A program made the translations under genes and the position numbers. From positions 1 through 35,421 of IMG/VR virus record IMGVR_UViG_3300032373_000065: a stretch of DNA of 35,421 bases. One strand, given 5' to 3'. The notes beneath the pieces were generated by a model, which saw only the letters and a program-made list of their open reading frames with translations, had not been told where the DNA came from and ran no database searches. This DNA is from a virus. Lineage: Duplodnaviria; Caudoviricetes. Of this stretch, positions 8,752 to 16,740 are shown in pieces (the stretch's first letter is position 1; every line of letters starts with the position of its first letter).

Positions 8752-8973
8752 ATGAAAACACAAAATCTAATTACCAAAGCAATTGAAATTGTCGGTCTAT
8801 ACGATCTGGCGAATACCTGTGGCCTGTCTTATCAAGCCGTTAAAAAGTGGGAGAAAGCAGGCCGCTTGCCTCGCACTGAATGGACTGGTGAAACCTCATA
8901 TTCAGTAAAGATCGAAAAAGCCACTAACGGGGAAGTAACCCGTGAAGAACTTTTAGACCTTAAGGCTGCATAA
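8752..8973 (+). CDS. cro: Cro-like regulator
   Basis: LANTCGLSYQAVKKWEKAGRLPRTEWTGET; start reassigned to 8752. Confidence 0.85.
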   Translation: MKTQNLITKAIEIVGLYDLANTCGLSYQAVKKWEKAGRLPRTEWTGETSYSVKIEKATNGEVTREELLDLKAA

Positions 8974-8975
8974 AC

Positions 8976-9431
8976 ATGAATAGTGAGCGATTCGAAAAAT
9001 ACAGAAGAAACATTTTTGAATCTGGCGCTAGAAACGCCCATTCGATTGTTTCTTGTCATGTAAGACATGGACTGCTCCCAAAGCCTAGTGAATTTAAGTG
9101 TGCCGATTGCGATAAACAGGCGGAAGCTTACGATCATAGGGACTACAACAAGCCTCTTGATGTTGAGCCGGTTTGTCGCAGATGTAACAGTCTGAGGGGA
9201 AAGGCTATTCCCTCCGTAATTAAATACAGCGTACCACCTACAAAGAAATACCTGAGAGTCACAGAGGTTATTGGCTTTTTTGGCAGTAGAGAGCAAGCCG
9301 CTATAAAAATTGGTGTTTGCACTGTTTCTATTAGAAATTGGATTCATTACCTACCTACCGATAGAGCTGAACAAGTTGAAAGATTATCTGGCGGAATACT
9401 TAAGCCAAAATTAGAACCTTACGATTTATAA
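8976..9431 (+). CDS. HNH-like Zn domain fused to a Cro/YdaS-like HTH
   Basis: CADC...DHRDYNKPLDVEPVCRRC, then FFGSREQAAIKIGV...SIRNW...RAEQVERLSGGILK. Confidence 0.6.
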   Translation: MNSERFEKYRRNIFESGARNAHSIVSCHVRHGLLPKPSEFKCADCDKQAEAYDHRDYNKPLDVEPVCRRCNSLRGKAIPSVIKYSVPPTKKYLRVTEVIGFFGSREQAAIKIGVCTVSIRNWIHYLPTDRAEQVERLSGGILKPKLEPYDL

Positions 9432-9438
9432 AACTAAA

Positions 9439-9467
9439 CCAGTCGATTCGTCGTCTGGCTTTTATTT
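9439..9467 (+). terminator. tR1-like terminator
   Basis: CCAGTCGA-TTCG-TCGTCTGG followed by CTTTTATTT. Confidence 0.5.
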
Positions 9468-9513
9468 GGCCTCAATAAGCCTTTACAAGTGAATACAAGC
9501 AATCTGGAGCGAC

Positions 9514-9903
9514 ATGGTGGAACAGTTACCCCTTTATCACGAAGACATCTATGAAGCCATTAGAACGGCAATACAGGCGCTTGGAGGCGCTAAAAAAGTC
9601 GGCTCAACTCTTTGGCCTGACAAATCACCCGACAAAGCAGGGGAGCTTTTAAATAACTGCTTGAACGTAACAAGAAACGAAAAATTAGACCCTGAACAGG
9701 TTTTATTTTTAAGCCGTGAAGCTAAGAAAATCGGCTGTCATTCAATCGCAGATTATTACGCTGGCGACTGTGGTTACAAGTTAATCCCAATTGAACCAAA
9801 AGACGAAATGGCAGAGCTTCAACGTCAATTTATAGAAGCTTCAAAAACAATTCAGAAGCTTTCACACCAGATAGAGAAAACAACTTTAAAGGCGGTTTCA
9901 TGA
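9514..9903 (+). CDS. CII-like regulatory protein
   Basis: Position after cro; ALGGAKKVG...LNNCLN...EKL pattern. Confidence 0.65.
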   Translation: MVEQLPLYHEDIYEAIRTAIQALGGAKKVGSTLWPDKSPDKAGELLNNCLNVTRNEKLDPEQVLFLSREAKKIGCHSIADYYAGDCGYKLIPIEPKDEMAELQRQFIEASKTIQKLSHQIEKTTLKAVS

Positions 9904-10082
9904 AATTATCAGACAAAAAGCGCGAGCATTTAATAAATTTTTTAATGGATGCAGCAGAAGACGAAGACCTGAAAGACCATAGAAAACAATTTAATGAAAC
10001 CGCAACAATTTTAATCAACGGACGATCAATTGAGCAAGTTAACAAAATGGAAATGAAGCAATTCGGGCGGGTAATGGGGTAA
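9900..10082 (+). CDS. Hypothetical protein
   Basis: ATGA-coupled ORF. Confidence 0.55.
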   Translation: MKLSDKKREHLINFLMDAAEDEDLKDHRKQFNETATILINGRSIEQVNKMEMKQFGRVMG

Positions 10083-10087
10083 CAGTA

Positions 10088-10762
10088 ATGGCCGGTGACT
10101 GGATAAAAATCGAAAAATCTACACCTGATAAGCCAGAGATTTTGAGAATAGCGCGTTTAAGCCATATTTCTAAAGATGAAGCCTTTGGAAAAGTAATGCG
10201 TTTTTGGATGTGGCTTGATGCAAATTCTGTAGACGGTGTTGTAGACGGTGTTGTAGGCCGTGATGTTGACATGCTTGTAGATTGTGATGGGTTTGCTGCA
10301 TCACTTGTTTCAGTTAATTGGTTAGAAATTGATGAAGAAAACGAAAAAGTAATAATTCCAAACTTTGAAAGGCATAACGGACAAACCGCGAAGGAGCGGG
10401 GTTTAAAGAATAAAAGGCAGGCAAATTGGAGGAAAAAAACTGTAGACGCTGCACCGTCTACTGATACGTCTACCAGAGAAGAGAAGAGAAGAGTAAAAGA
10501 AATAAAAGAAAAAATGTTTAATCAGTTTTGGTCAGTCTGGCCTAAAAAAGTTGGGAAAGACCCAGCAGAAAAATCATTTTATAAATTACCCGTTGACGAA
10601 ATTCTATATGCAAAAATTATTAAAGCGGTTAAGTCTCAATCCATAACGTGGAATGACTCGCAATATATCCCAAACCCTGCGACTTGGTTAAATCAAAAAC
10701 GCTGGAACGATGAATTAGACGGAAGCAAATCAAGTTTTTCTCAGGAGGACTTAGCCGAATGA
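10088..10762 (+). CDS. Replication initiator (O-like)
   Basis: MAGDWIKI N-terminus; FWSVWPKKVGK and YIPNPATWLNQKRW C-terminus; internal iterons. Confidence 0.8.
   Translation: MAGDWIKIEKSTPDKPEILRIARLSHISKDEAFGKVMRFWMWLDANSVDGVVDGVVGRDVDMLVDCDGFAASLVSVNWLEIDEENEKVIIPNFERHNGQTAKERGLKNKRQANWRKKTVDAAPSTDTSTREEKRRVKEIKEKMFNQFWSVWPKKVGKDPAEKSFYKLPVDEILYAKIIKAVKSQSITWNDSQYIPNPATWLNQKRWNDELDGSKSSFSQEDLAE
10228..10493. repeat. Iteron-like repeats / probable replication origin
   Basis: 12-bp tandem TGTAGACGGTGT x2 plus 3 degenerate units (10228-10287); TGTAGACG at 10441; inverted CGTCTAC at 10455 and 10467; (AGAGA)n purine tract. Confidence 0.65.
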
Positions 10763-11151
10763 ATCCCATAGATATTTTTATTCAACGTCTTGACGGTCTG
10801 CGAGGTTCTAACGGACGTTATCAAGCAAAATGCCCCGCACACGAAGACAGAAGCCCGTCACTGTCCATCAAAGAGGCAACCGATGGCAGAGTGTTAATTC
10901 ACTGTCATGCTGGCTGTGAAGTCGCTGACGTTGTTGAAAGCGTTGGCCTTGAGTTAGGTGATTTATTCCCCGACGACACAAGATCAAAACCAATTCCACA
11001 GAAACAAGATTTTGAAGGTGAAAAGTTTTATATCGACTTAGCGCGAAAGGTTAAATCTAACGGCCTGCATCTTGACCCTATCACCATGAATCGGGTGGAG
11101 CTGGCAATGCACAGACTTGAAACAGGTCGCAAGCTAGGGGTGATTTCATGA
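10759..11151 (+). CDS. CHC2-type primase zinc-binding domain protein (no TOPRIM)
   Basis: KCPAHEDRSPSLSI...LIHCHAGC. Confidence 0.8.
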   Translation: MNPIDIFIQRLDGLRGSNGRYQAKCPAHEDRSPSLSIKEATDGRVLIHCHAGCEVADVVESVGLELGDLFPDDTRSKPIPQKQDFEGEKFYIDLARKVKSNGLHLDPITMNRVELAMHRLETGRKLGVIS

Positions 11152-12098
11152 ACGCCCAACTATCACGAGAAGACAAGATTTTTGCTGATATTGATCGGAT
11201 GATGATTGATTCAGCTGAAATTGATAAATACGAAACCAATGATTTCAACGATCAAATTGCACCTATCGCAAATATGAGGGAAAACGTTTTAGATTTTCTC
11301 TACGGGGATAATCAAGTATTTGGTTTAAATCTTCCGTGGTCTGACTTTGACGAAAAAATACAGTTTCGACCTGGCGAGCTTTCAGTCTGGAACGGCATAA
11401 ATGGACACGGTAAAAGCTTGTTATTAAATCAGGTAATGATCGGATTTATGAAGCAAGGCGCAAGGGTGGCAATAGCCTCGCTGGAATTAAAACCGGAAGA
11501 AACAATAGTTCGTATGGTTTCTCAAAGTTTCGGGATTAAGAAGCACGAGCTAAAAGAAAAAGCGGTAGAGGAATTTTTCACTAAAGCAAATTTAAAGCTG
11601 TGGCTGTACACCGAAACCGGAGACATGAAGCCGGAGCGCGTAAAAGCTATGGCGCGTTATGTCAGAGAAGAATTAAAAATAGATCACCTTGTCATTGACT
11701 CGCTAATGAAATGCGGAATTTTAGAAGGTGATTATGCAGGCGAAAAAGCTTTTATAAACTCACTTCAAAATATAGCCAAAGATACAGGCTTGCATATTCA
11801 CCTAGTCACGCACTCCAAAAAACAAGCAGATGAACACGCGAACATAGGCAAATTTGATATTAGCGGTTCGGCTGCATTATCGAATATTCCTGACAATGTT
11901 TTGACGGTTAAACGAAATAAGAAAAAAGAATTAGATATTCGTGTTGATGGTGAGAATTATGATCTTCTGAAAAAGCATGATGCTTTCATAGTTTGCGACA
12001 AGCAAAGACACGGAGACTGGGAAGGAATTATAGGGCTTTATTTCCATGAATCGGGCATGTACACCCGACAGCAAGGGAGACATATGCCGTTATGGTAG
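11148..12098 (+). CDS. DnaB-like SF4 replicative helicase
   Basis: Walker A GINGHGKS, IASLE, Walker B LVIDSL, HLVTH, KQRHG. Confidence 0.88.
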   Translation: MNAQLSREDKIFADIDRMMIDSAEIDKYETNDFNDQIAPIANMRENVLDFLYGDNQVFGLNLPWSDFDEKIQFRPGELSVWNGINGHGKSLLLNQVMIGFMKQGARVAIASLELKPEETIVRMVSQSFGIKKHELKEKAVEEFFTKANLKLWLYTETGDMKPERVKAMARYVREELKIDHLVIDSLMKCGILEGDYAGEKAFINSLQNIAKDTGLHIHLVTHSKKQADEHANIGKFDISGSAALSNIPDNVLTVKRNKKKELDIRVDGENYDLLKKHDAFIVCDKQRHGDWEGIIGLYFHESGMYTRQQGRHMPLW

Positions 12099-12229
12099 AT
12101 CGTGAAAAGCAAAAAGAAGAAAACCGAAAAAGAATGCCTGTTACAGCTTCAATAGTAGACGATTTTAAAAAGCTATTTGGTGAAGTAAAAGTTATCTCAA
12201 CTACGGAGGTGAAACGTGGAACTAACTAA
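12092..12229 (+). CDS. Small hypothetical protein (45 aa, not in ORF track)
   Basis: MVDREKQKEENRKRMPVTASIVDDFKKLFGEVKV... Confidence 0.55.
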   Translation: MVDREKQKEENRKRMPVTASIVDDFKKLFGEVKVISTTEVKRGTN

Positions 12230-12440
12230 GCAGCATAAAAAGATTTTGCAGGCAATGAGCCGCCGGAGAACGAAAGGCTACACACGCCAAGAGCTTGAGC
12301 ATAAAACGGGAATTAGATGCGGAACTATGTGCAGAAGGATTTACGAGCTAATAAATGATTTTCATTTGGTGAAATTTGCTTTCAAACGAAAGTGCCAGCA
12401 TTCAGGTGAGAAAGTCGAAGCATTAAAAATTGTAATTTAG
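12216..12440 (+). CDS. Winged-HTH protein
   Basis: TRQELEHKTGIRCGTMCRRIYEL; GGAGG RBS. Confidence 0.65.
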   Translation: MELTKQHKKILQAMSRRRTKGYTRQELEHKTGIRCGTMCRRIYELINDFHLVKFAFKRKCQHSGEKVEALKIVI

Positions 12441-12451
12441 GAGATAGAGAA

Positions 12452-12760
12452 ATGAAAAAAAACGCATTAATGATGGCGGCAGTATTGGGCATGACTCAAG
12501 TATTTAATCCAAAATTACCTAGCCTTCAACCGACAACTAAAAAATCAAGTCGAGTTATTACCCTTAATCCATATATTAAAAAAAGCAAAAGAAAATATTC
12601 ATGCCTCAGAGATATAACAGAGTTAATAAAAATGAAAAATTCAAAATATATGCCGCACCAAGGAAAGCAAGAATGCGCCCGAAGAGTCAAGCAACGACTA
12701 AAGCTTGAAGCAAAGCAGTCTAAGCAGATTGCAGATGATAATTGTTTTGCATGTGCATAA
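12452..12760 (+). CDS. Basic K/R-rich hypothetical protein
   Basis: AGGAG RBS; KYMPHQGKQECARR motif. Confidence 0.6.
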   Translation: MKKNALMMAAVLGMTQVFNPKLPSLQPTTKKSSRVITLNPYIKKSKRKYSCLRDITELIKMKNSKYMPHQGKQECARRVKQRLKLEAKQSKQIADDNCFACA

Positions 12761-12906
12761 AAGCAGCTTACAAAACAAAACCAGTAAAAGGCGGGTATGT
12801 GATCGAAAGGCCGGACGGTTCCAAAGTTGACAATCACATATTTAAGTTTGAGTGGCAGGCCGAAAGGCGGTTATCAATTATCAAAGCATTTGGGTGGTGT
12901 AAATGA
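12751..12906 (+). CDS. Small hypothetical protein (51 aa, not in ORF track)
   Basis: MCIKAAYKTKPVKGGYVIERPDG...; its TGA overlaps the methyltransferase ATG. Confidence 0.5.
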   Translation: MCIKAAYKTKPVKGGYVIERPDGSKVDNHIFKFEWQAERRLSIIKAFGWCK

Positions 12907-13552
12907 AGGTATTGAATTTATATGCAGGGCTTGGCGGGAATAGAAAGCTATGGGGGGGGTAGAAGTGACCGCCGTTGAATACACTCAAGACATAGCTGAT
13001 GTTTATAAGCTTTTGCACCCTAACGATACGGTCATCGTAGCTGATGCCCACCAGTATTTATTAGACCACTATCAAGAGTTTGATTTTATATGGTCTAGCC
13101 CACCATGCCAAAGTCATTCGAGAATGATTAGATCAGGCAGAAACAGAAAGCCTCGCTATGCAGATATGAAGCTTTATGAAGAAATATTGTTTTTGCAGCA
13201 CAACTTCGACGGCCTATGGGTGGTTGAAAACGTAAAGCCATATTACGAGCCATTAATTAAACCAAAAGCTATAGGGCGTCATATGTTTTGGGCTAACTTT
13301 GATTTTGATGAAATTGAAGAACCAAAATTTAAGAATTTTATAAATAAGCAAAACCTAAGCGCAAAACAAGAATTAATGGACTGGCTAGGAATTCACTACG
13401 AAAAGAATATTTACTATGAAGGCAATCATTGCCCGACTCAGATTTTAAGGAATTGCGTACACCCGGCTATAGGCGAGCATTTATTTAATTCAGCATTTAG
13501 TGATAACCAGGTTAAAGAAGATCAAATAGATATGTTTGAGGCGATGCAATGA
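12903..13552 (+). pseudogene. C5-cytosine DNA methyltransferase, frameshifted at a G8 tract (12952-12959)
   Basis: Motif I LNLYAGLGG in the frame starting at 12903; SSPPCQ and VVENV motifs in the frame of ORF 12950; G9 or G6 would join them. Confidence 0.85.
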
Positions 13553-13695
13553 CAGAGCAAAAACCAGAAAAGCAAAAAACCTGCTCAGAGCCAGGCTGCG
13601 ACAGAAAGCTAACAAAAGAGCATACAACCATATGCGAGCATTGTTTAGAGACTGCAAGGGCTTCTTTGTTTCATCGGTGCGGGGTGAAGAAATGA
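13549..13695 (+). CDS. Small Zn-finger protein (48 aa, not in ORF track)
   Basis: TCSEPGC...ICEHC; ATGA overlaps at both ends. Confidence 0.6.
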   Translation: MTEQKPEKQKTCSEPGCDRKLTKEHTTICEHCLETARASLFHRCGVKK

Positions 13696-13892
13696 AAGGG
13701 TATGTAGTTTTAGCGCTCAGTACAAAACAAAAAATTTCAGTAAGTAATTGTCATCCTCCATTAGAGCAAGAGATAACAATGTGCTTTGCCGATGGGATGA
13801 TCGGTTGCTTACCTGTATTTGATTCAATGGAAGCGGCTGAAAAGTACGCAAATGGTAATCAAATATTTGAGATTGAAGGGGTGAATAAATGA
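13692..13892 (+). CDS. Hypothetical protein (start MKGYVV)
   Basis: GGGGTG RBS; ATGA coupling. Confidence 0.55.
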   Translation: MKGYVVLALSTKQKISVSNCHPPLEQEITMCFADGMIGCLPVFDSMEAAEKYANGNQIFEIEGVNK

Positions 13893-14218
13893 CTGATAAG
13901 CGAACTATTAAACAAAACAAATCACTTCACAAATACTGTGAATTATTAGCCGAATCTCTAAACGAGGCAGGGCTAGACATGAAAAAAGTGTTAAAGCCCG
14001 GCATTGATATTCCGTGGACAAAAGAAAGCGTTAAAAAGCATTTATGGAAGCCGATTCAAGAAGTCATGCTAGACAAAGAATCCACAGCCGAAATGGACAC
14101 AAAAGACCCTAGCGAGATTTATCAGGTTTTAGACCGGCATATTTCAGAGAAATTCGGAGTGCATATTCCGTGGCCTAATCGTGACAATGAATATTTTGAA
14201 TCTATGGGGATTAAGTAA
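13889..14218 (+). CDS. NinB-like protein
   Basis: RTIKQNKSLH N-terminus and STAEM motif. Confidence 0.6.
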   Translation: MTDKRTIKQNKSLHKYCELLAESLNEAGLDMKKVLKPGIDIPWTKESVKKHLWKPIQEVMLDKESTAEMDTKDPSEIYQVLDRHISEKFGVHIPWPNRDNEYFESMGIK

Positions 14219-14442
14219 TGGAACAAATAGCAATAGCAATTACAGGAGTAGTCGCAATCTGGCTAACTCAAGACCATAGAGAAAACTGGAGAAAGTACGC
14301 CTGTTTATTTGGTTTAGTCGGTCAACCTTTCTGGTTTTATTCAGCCTATAGCGCGGAGCAATGGGGAATATTTATCCTCTGTGTTTTTTATACATGGGCT
14401 TGGTTTAAAGGGTTTAGAAATCATTGGATGGAGGCTAAGTAA
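14218..14442 (+). CDS. Small multi-TM membrane protein
   Basis: FGLVGQPFWFYSAY..QWGIF hydrophobic segments. Confidence 0.7.
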   Translation: MEQIAIAITGVVAIWLTQDHRENWRKYACLFGLVGQPFWFYSAYSAEQWGIFILCVFYTWAWFKGFRNHWMEAK

Positions 14443-14834
14443 TGAGAGAGATTAAATTTAATGTGATATGGAAGGATACAAAAACAGGTCGAATGTTTAA
14501 TAGGTGTTATACGCTAGATAAATTAATACAAGGCGATCATTTTGATGAAACATCAGACAGCCCTTTAATGCGCAATTATGTCGAGTTAGTGAAACGGCAA
14601 TACACAGGACTCAAAGACAAGAACGGTACTGAGATATATGAGGGGGATATTGTAAATCACTCAAAGCAATCAGCAATATTCGGAGAGGTTAAATACTTTG
14701 AAGGTGGGTTTGTCGTTGGTGTATCCGCTTGTGACTTCGCACTTATGCAGTTTAATTGCCCTAAGTTTGTTGAAGTAATCGGAAACATACACGAAAACCC
14801 AGAGTTATTAAGCAATGTTCCAAAAGCAAAATAA
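14442..14834 (+). CDS. YopX-family protein
   Basis: MREIKF, QYTGLKDKNGTEIYEGDIV, EVIGNIHENPELL. Confidence 0.9.
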   Translation: MREIKFNVIWKDTKTGRMFNRCYTLDKLIQGDHFDETSDSPLMRNYVELVKRQYTGLKDKNGTEIYEGDIVNHSKQSAIFGEVKYFEGGFVVGVSACDFALMQFNCPKFVEVIGNIHENPELLSNVPKAK

Positions 14835-15108
14835 CTGGCGGAACAAAAAATATACTGATTGGGTTAAAACTCAATACAGCATTATTTCAGGTATGCCAGC
14901 AGACGACCCTCACCACATTATGGGTCATGGGTTAACCGGCGGAACTAAAGCCCCTGATTGGGCTGTGATTCCACTCACAAGACAAGAGCATACAGACTTT
15001 CACAACACCCCTATAAATATTTGGGAAGCTATGTACGGCTCTCAGGTTGATTTATTGATGCAATTTTGGCGGGACAACTTTGAAGAAATTCGGGAGTTTA
15101 TGAAGTAA
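14815..15108 (+). CDS. DUF968-like (HNH-related) protein
   Basis: KYTDWVKTQ...ADDPHHI...IPLTRQEH. Confidence 0.75.
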   Translation: MFQKQNNWRNKKYTDWVKTQYSIISGMPADDPHHIMGHGLTGGTKAPDWAVIPLTRQEHTDFHNTPINIWEAMYGSQVDLLMQFWRDNFEEIREFMK

Positions 15109-15503
15109 TGGCAAATTCTCACAAAGAAGACGACGAGCAAAAGGCTTTAATTCAATGGGCTAACGCAACAAAGCAAAACAGGGAAAGCATAGGGGCGTAT
15201 TTATTCGCAATTCCAAACGGAGGCAGGCGAAACCCAAAAGAGGCCAAAAGATTAAAGTCACAAGGCGTTAAAGCGGGCGTATCTGATTTGTTTCTACCTC
15301 TGGCACATGGTGGCTATATAGGTTTATGGCTTGAGATGAAATCAGCACTGGGAAAGTTAACCGACACGCAAGAAGACTGGTTATTAAAAATGGAAAAACA
15401 GGGCTATGAGATCGCTGTTTGTTATAACTGGATGCAAGCAAGGGATACGATTAAAAGGTATTTAGGGCTACCACAAACACAGGTGATAAATGACCGAAAC
15501 TAG
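15108..15503 (+). CDS. VRR-NUC domain nuclease
   Basis: FAIPNGG, GVKAGVSDL, LEMK, QEDWL. Confidence 0.88.
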   Translation: MANSHKEDDEQKALIQWANATKQNRESIGAYLFAIPNGGRRNPKEAKRLKSQGVKAGVSDLFLPLAHGGYIGLWLEMKSALGKLTDTQEDWLLKMEKQGYEIAVCYNWMQARDTIKRYLGLPQTQVINDRN

Positions 15504-15699
15504 CATGAGCTACTACTCAGACCCTGAAAGGGTGGCACTTAATGAAGAGAAGGGGAGGCTTAAAGTTCAGGAAGGCTGTTTAGTTTGTGAGCATCGAGAC
15601 TTAGCCGTTATCTGTTTTGAGAAAAGAATTTGCGGGGAAGGGCATTCGCCAGATAAGGGTAAGAAGTATTGTAAGTATTGGGAGCTAGAATCATGTTAA
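15490..15699 (+). CDS. Small Cys-rich (Zn-binding) protein
   Basis: CLVC...C...C...C. Confidence 0.6.
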   Translation: MTETSMSYYSDPERVALNEEKGRLKVQEGCLVCEHRDLAVICFEKRICGEGHSPDKGKKYCKYWELESC

Positions 15700-16082
15700 A
15701 ACATATAGACCATTTAGCAGAAGATTGGGCGCATGATATACAAACCATAATGGAAAGATCATGCTTAAATTATCCTAACGCCTCATCTATTGCTCGAATT
15801 AATGAGGGCGGCTCTCAAGTGCCTGGCTCTAAATGTCCTGAGATGTTTACAACAGGAAGAGTCACAGCTTTTCATATAATCTATAAAGATTTATCAAATA
15901 AGCATAAGAAGATAATTTATAAGCGTTATGTAAAATTAGAAAAATTAAATAGCCGTGAATATCATATTTGCGGAGCCATCCACAGAAGCATAAACAATAA
16001 ATTAATCGAGATAAAAGAAAATTTAAAAAAAGATGAAATAATACTTCCAATACGGGGAAAAATAAGGTCTAATTATGTTTAA
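15693..16082 (+). CDS. Q-like late antiterminator
   Basis: Last early gene; LAEDWA..YP.AS N-terminus; sigma-region-4-like LSNKHKKIIYKRY; followed by terminators. Confidence 0.55.
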   Translation: MLKHIDHLAEDWAHDIQTIMERSCLNYPNASSIARINEGGSQVPGSKCPEMFTTGRVTAFHIIYKDLSNKHKKIIYKRYVKLEKLNSREYHICGAIHRSINNKLIEIKENLKKDEIILPIRGKIRSNYV

Positions 16083-16104
16083 GTGGTATTTTTAACCACG
16101 AAAT

Positions 16105-16138
16105 AAAAAGCTCTTCCTTAACAGGCAGGGCTTTTTTT
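16105..16138 (+). terminator. tR'-like terminator
   Basis: AAAAAGCTCTTCCT-TAAC-AGGCAGGGCTTTTTTT. Confidence 0.7.
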
Positions 16139-16170
16139 ATGTCAGAAATAAAGTAAGTCAAAAAAACACA

Positions 16171-16222
16171 GACAAGGAGTCGGCGGGATTAAGCGCCCCG
16201 TTTTTCCGGTTCGAGTCCGGTT
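16171..16222 (+). ncRNA. tRNA-like fragment (T-arm hairpin plus adjacent hairpins)
   Basis: CCGG-TTCGAGT-CCGG at 16206-16220; no complete cloverleaf. Confidence 0.3.
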
Positions 16223-16231
16223 CAAATTCAT

Positions 16232-16263
16232 AGCCTCGTTACTTTTTAAGTGCGGGGTTTTTT
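16232..16263 (+). terminator. Second late-leader terminator
   Basis: AGCCTCG...CGGGGTT followed by a T-tract. Confidence 0.6.
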
Positions 16264-16276
16264 ATTGCAAAAAATT

Positions 16277-16295
16277 CACTGTCGAGATGACAGCG
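16277..16295 (+). promoter_or_regulatory. Conserved late hairpin, copy 1
   Basis: CA-CTGTC-GAGAT-GACAG-CG abutting the GAGGA RBS of the gene starting at 16307. Confidence 0.7.
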
Positions 16296-16306
16296 AGGAC
16301 GAGATT

Positions 16307-16738
16307 ATGAGTAGCGGATTTATACCATTTCATAGAGGTTCGGATGCTCCAGGCGTCACGCTTCGTCAAAGGGTTGCTGGAAGTTCTGCTCATGTGGCAG
16401 ATGGATTTAAGCCTTCAAGCTATGACGCTGATTTAACTATGGACGGAACCGCGCAGGCGGTGGCTATTGCTTCTGGCGCGGGTCGTGTTCGGATTTACAA
16501 TCAAGGCGCAACTACTGAATCTATACGTTTTGCTTTTGGCGCAAGCGCAGCAGATGCACAGGCAAATCTAACAATAGTTACAGCAGCAGCAACGACAGGA
16601 ATTTTAATACCTGCTCAAGCTGATAATGCTAGCCAATGCCTTCAAGTCTTAGGTATCCCAGAAGAAGCAACACATTACGCGGTAGCAAATACAGTGGCAG
16701 CAGATGTGCAAGTTGTTAACATAATACAGGGCGCTTAA
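16307..16738 (+). CDS. First late gene, Ala-rich beta-type protein (possible virion accessory)
   Basis: Start reassigned to MSSGFIPF using the GAGGA RBS. Confidence 0.65.
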   Translation: MSSGFIPFHRGSDAPGVTLRQRVAGSSAHVADGFKPSSYDADLTMDGTAQAVAIASGAGRVRIYNQGATTESIRFAFGASAADAQANLTIVTAAATTGILIPAQADNASQCLQVLGIPEEATHYAVANTVAADVQVVNIIQGA

Positions 16739-16740
16739 TT

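Noticed and set aside
13536-13691. N-terminal half of ORF 13536-13892
   Set aside because: Better explained by the ATGA-coupled Zn-finger ORF 13549-13695 in another frame
16171-16230. Intact tRNA gene
   Set aside because: T-arm only; no acceptor stem, D-arm consensus or CCA
16250-16306. N-terminal extension of the first late gene
   Set aside because: Starts within a terminator; the SD supports 16307
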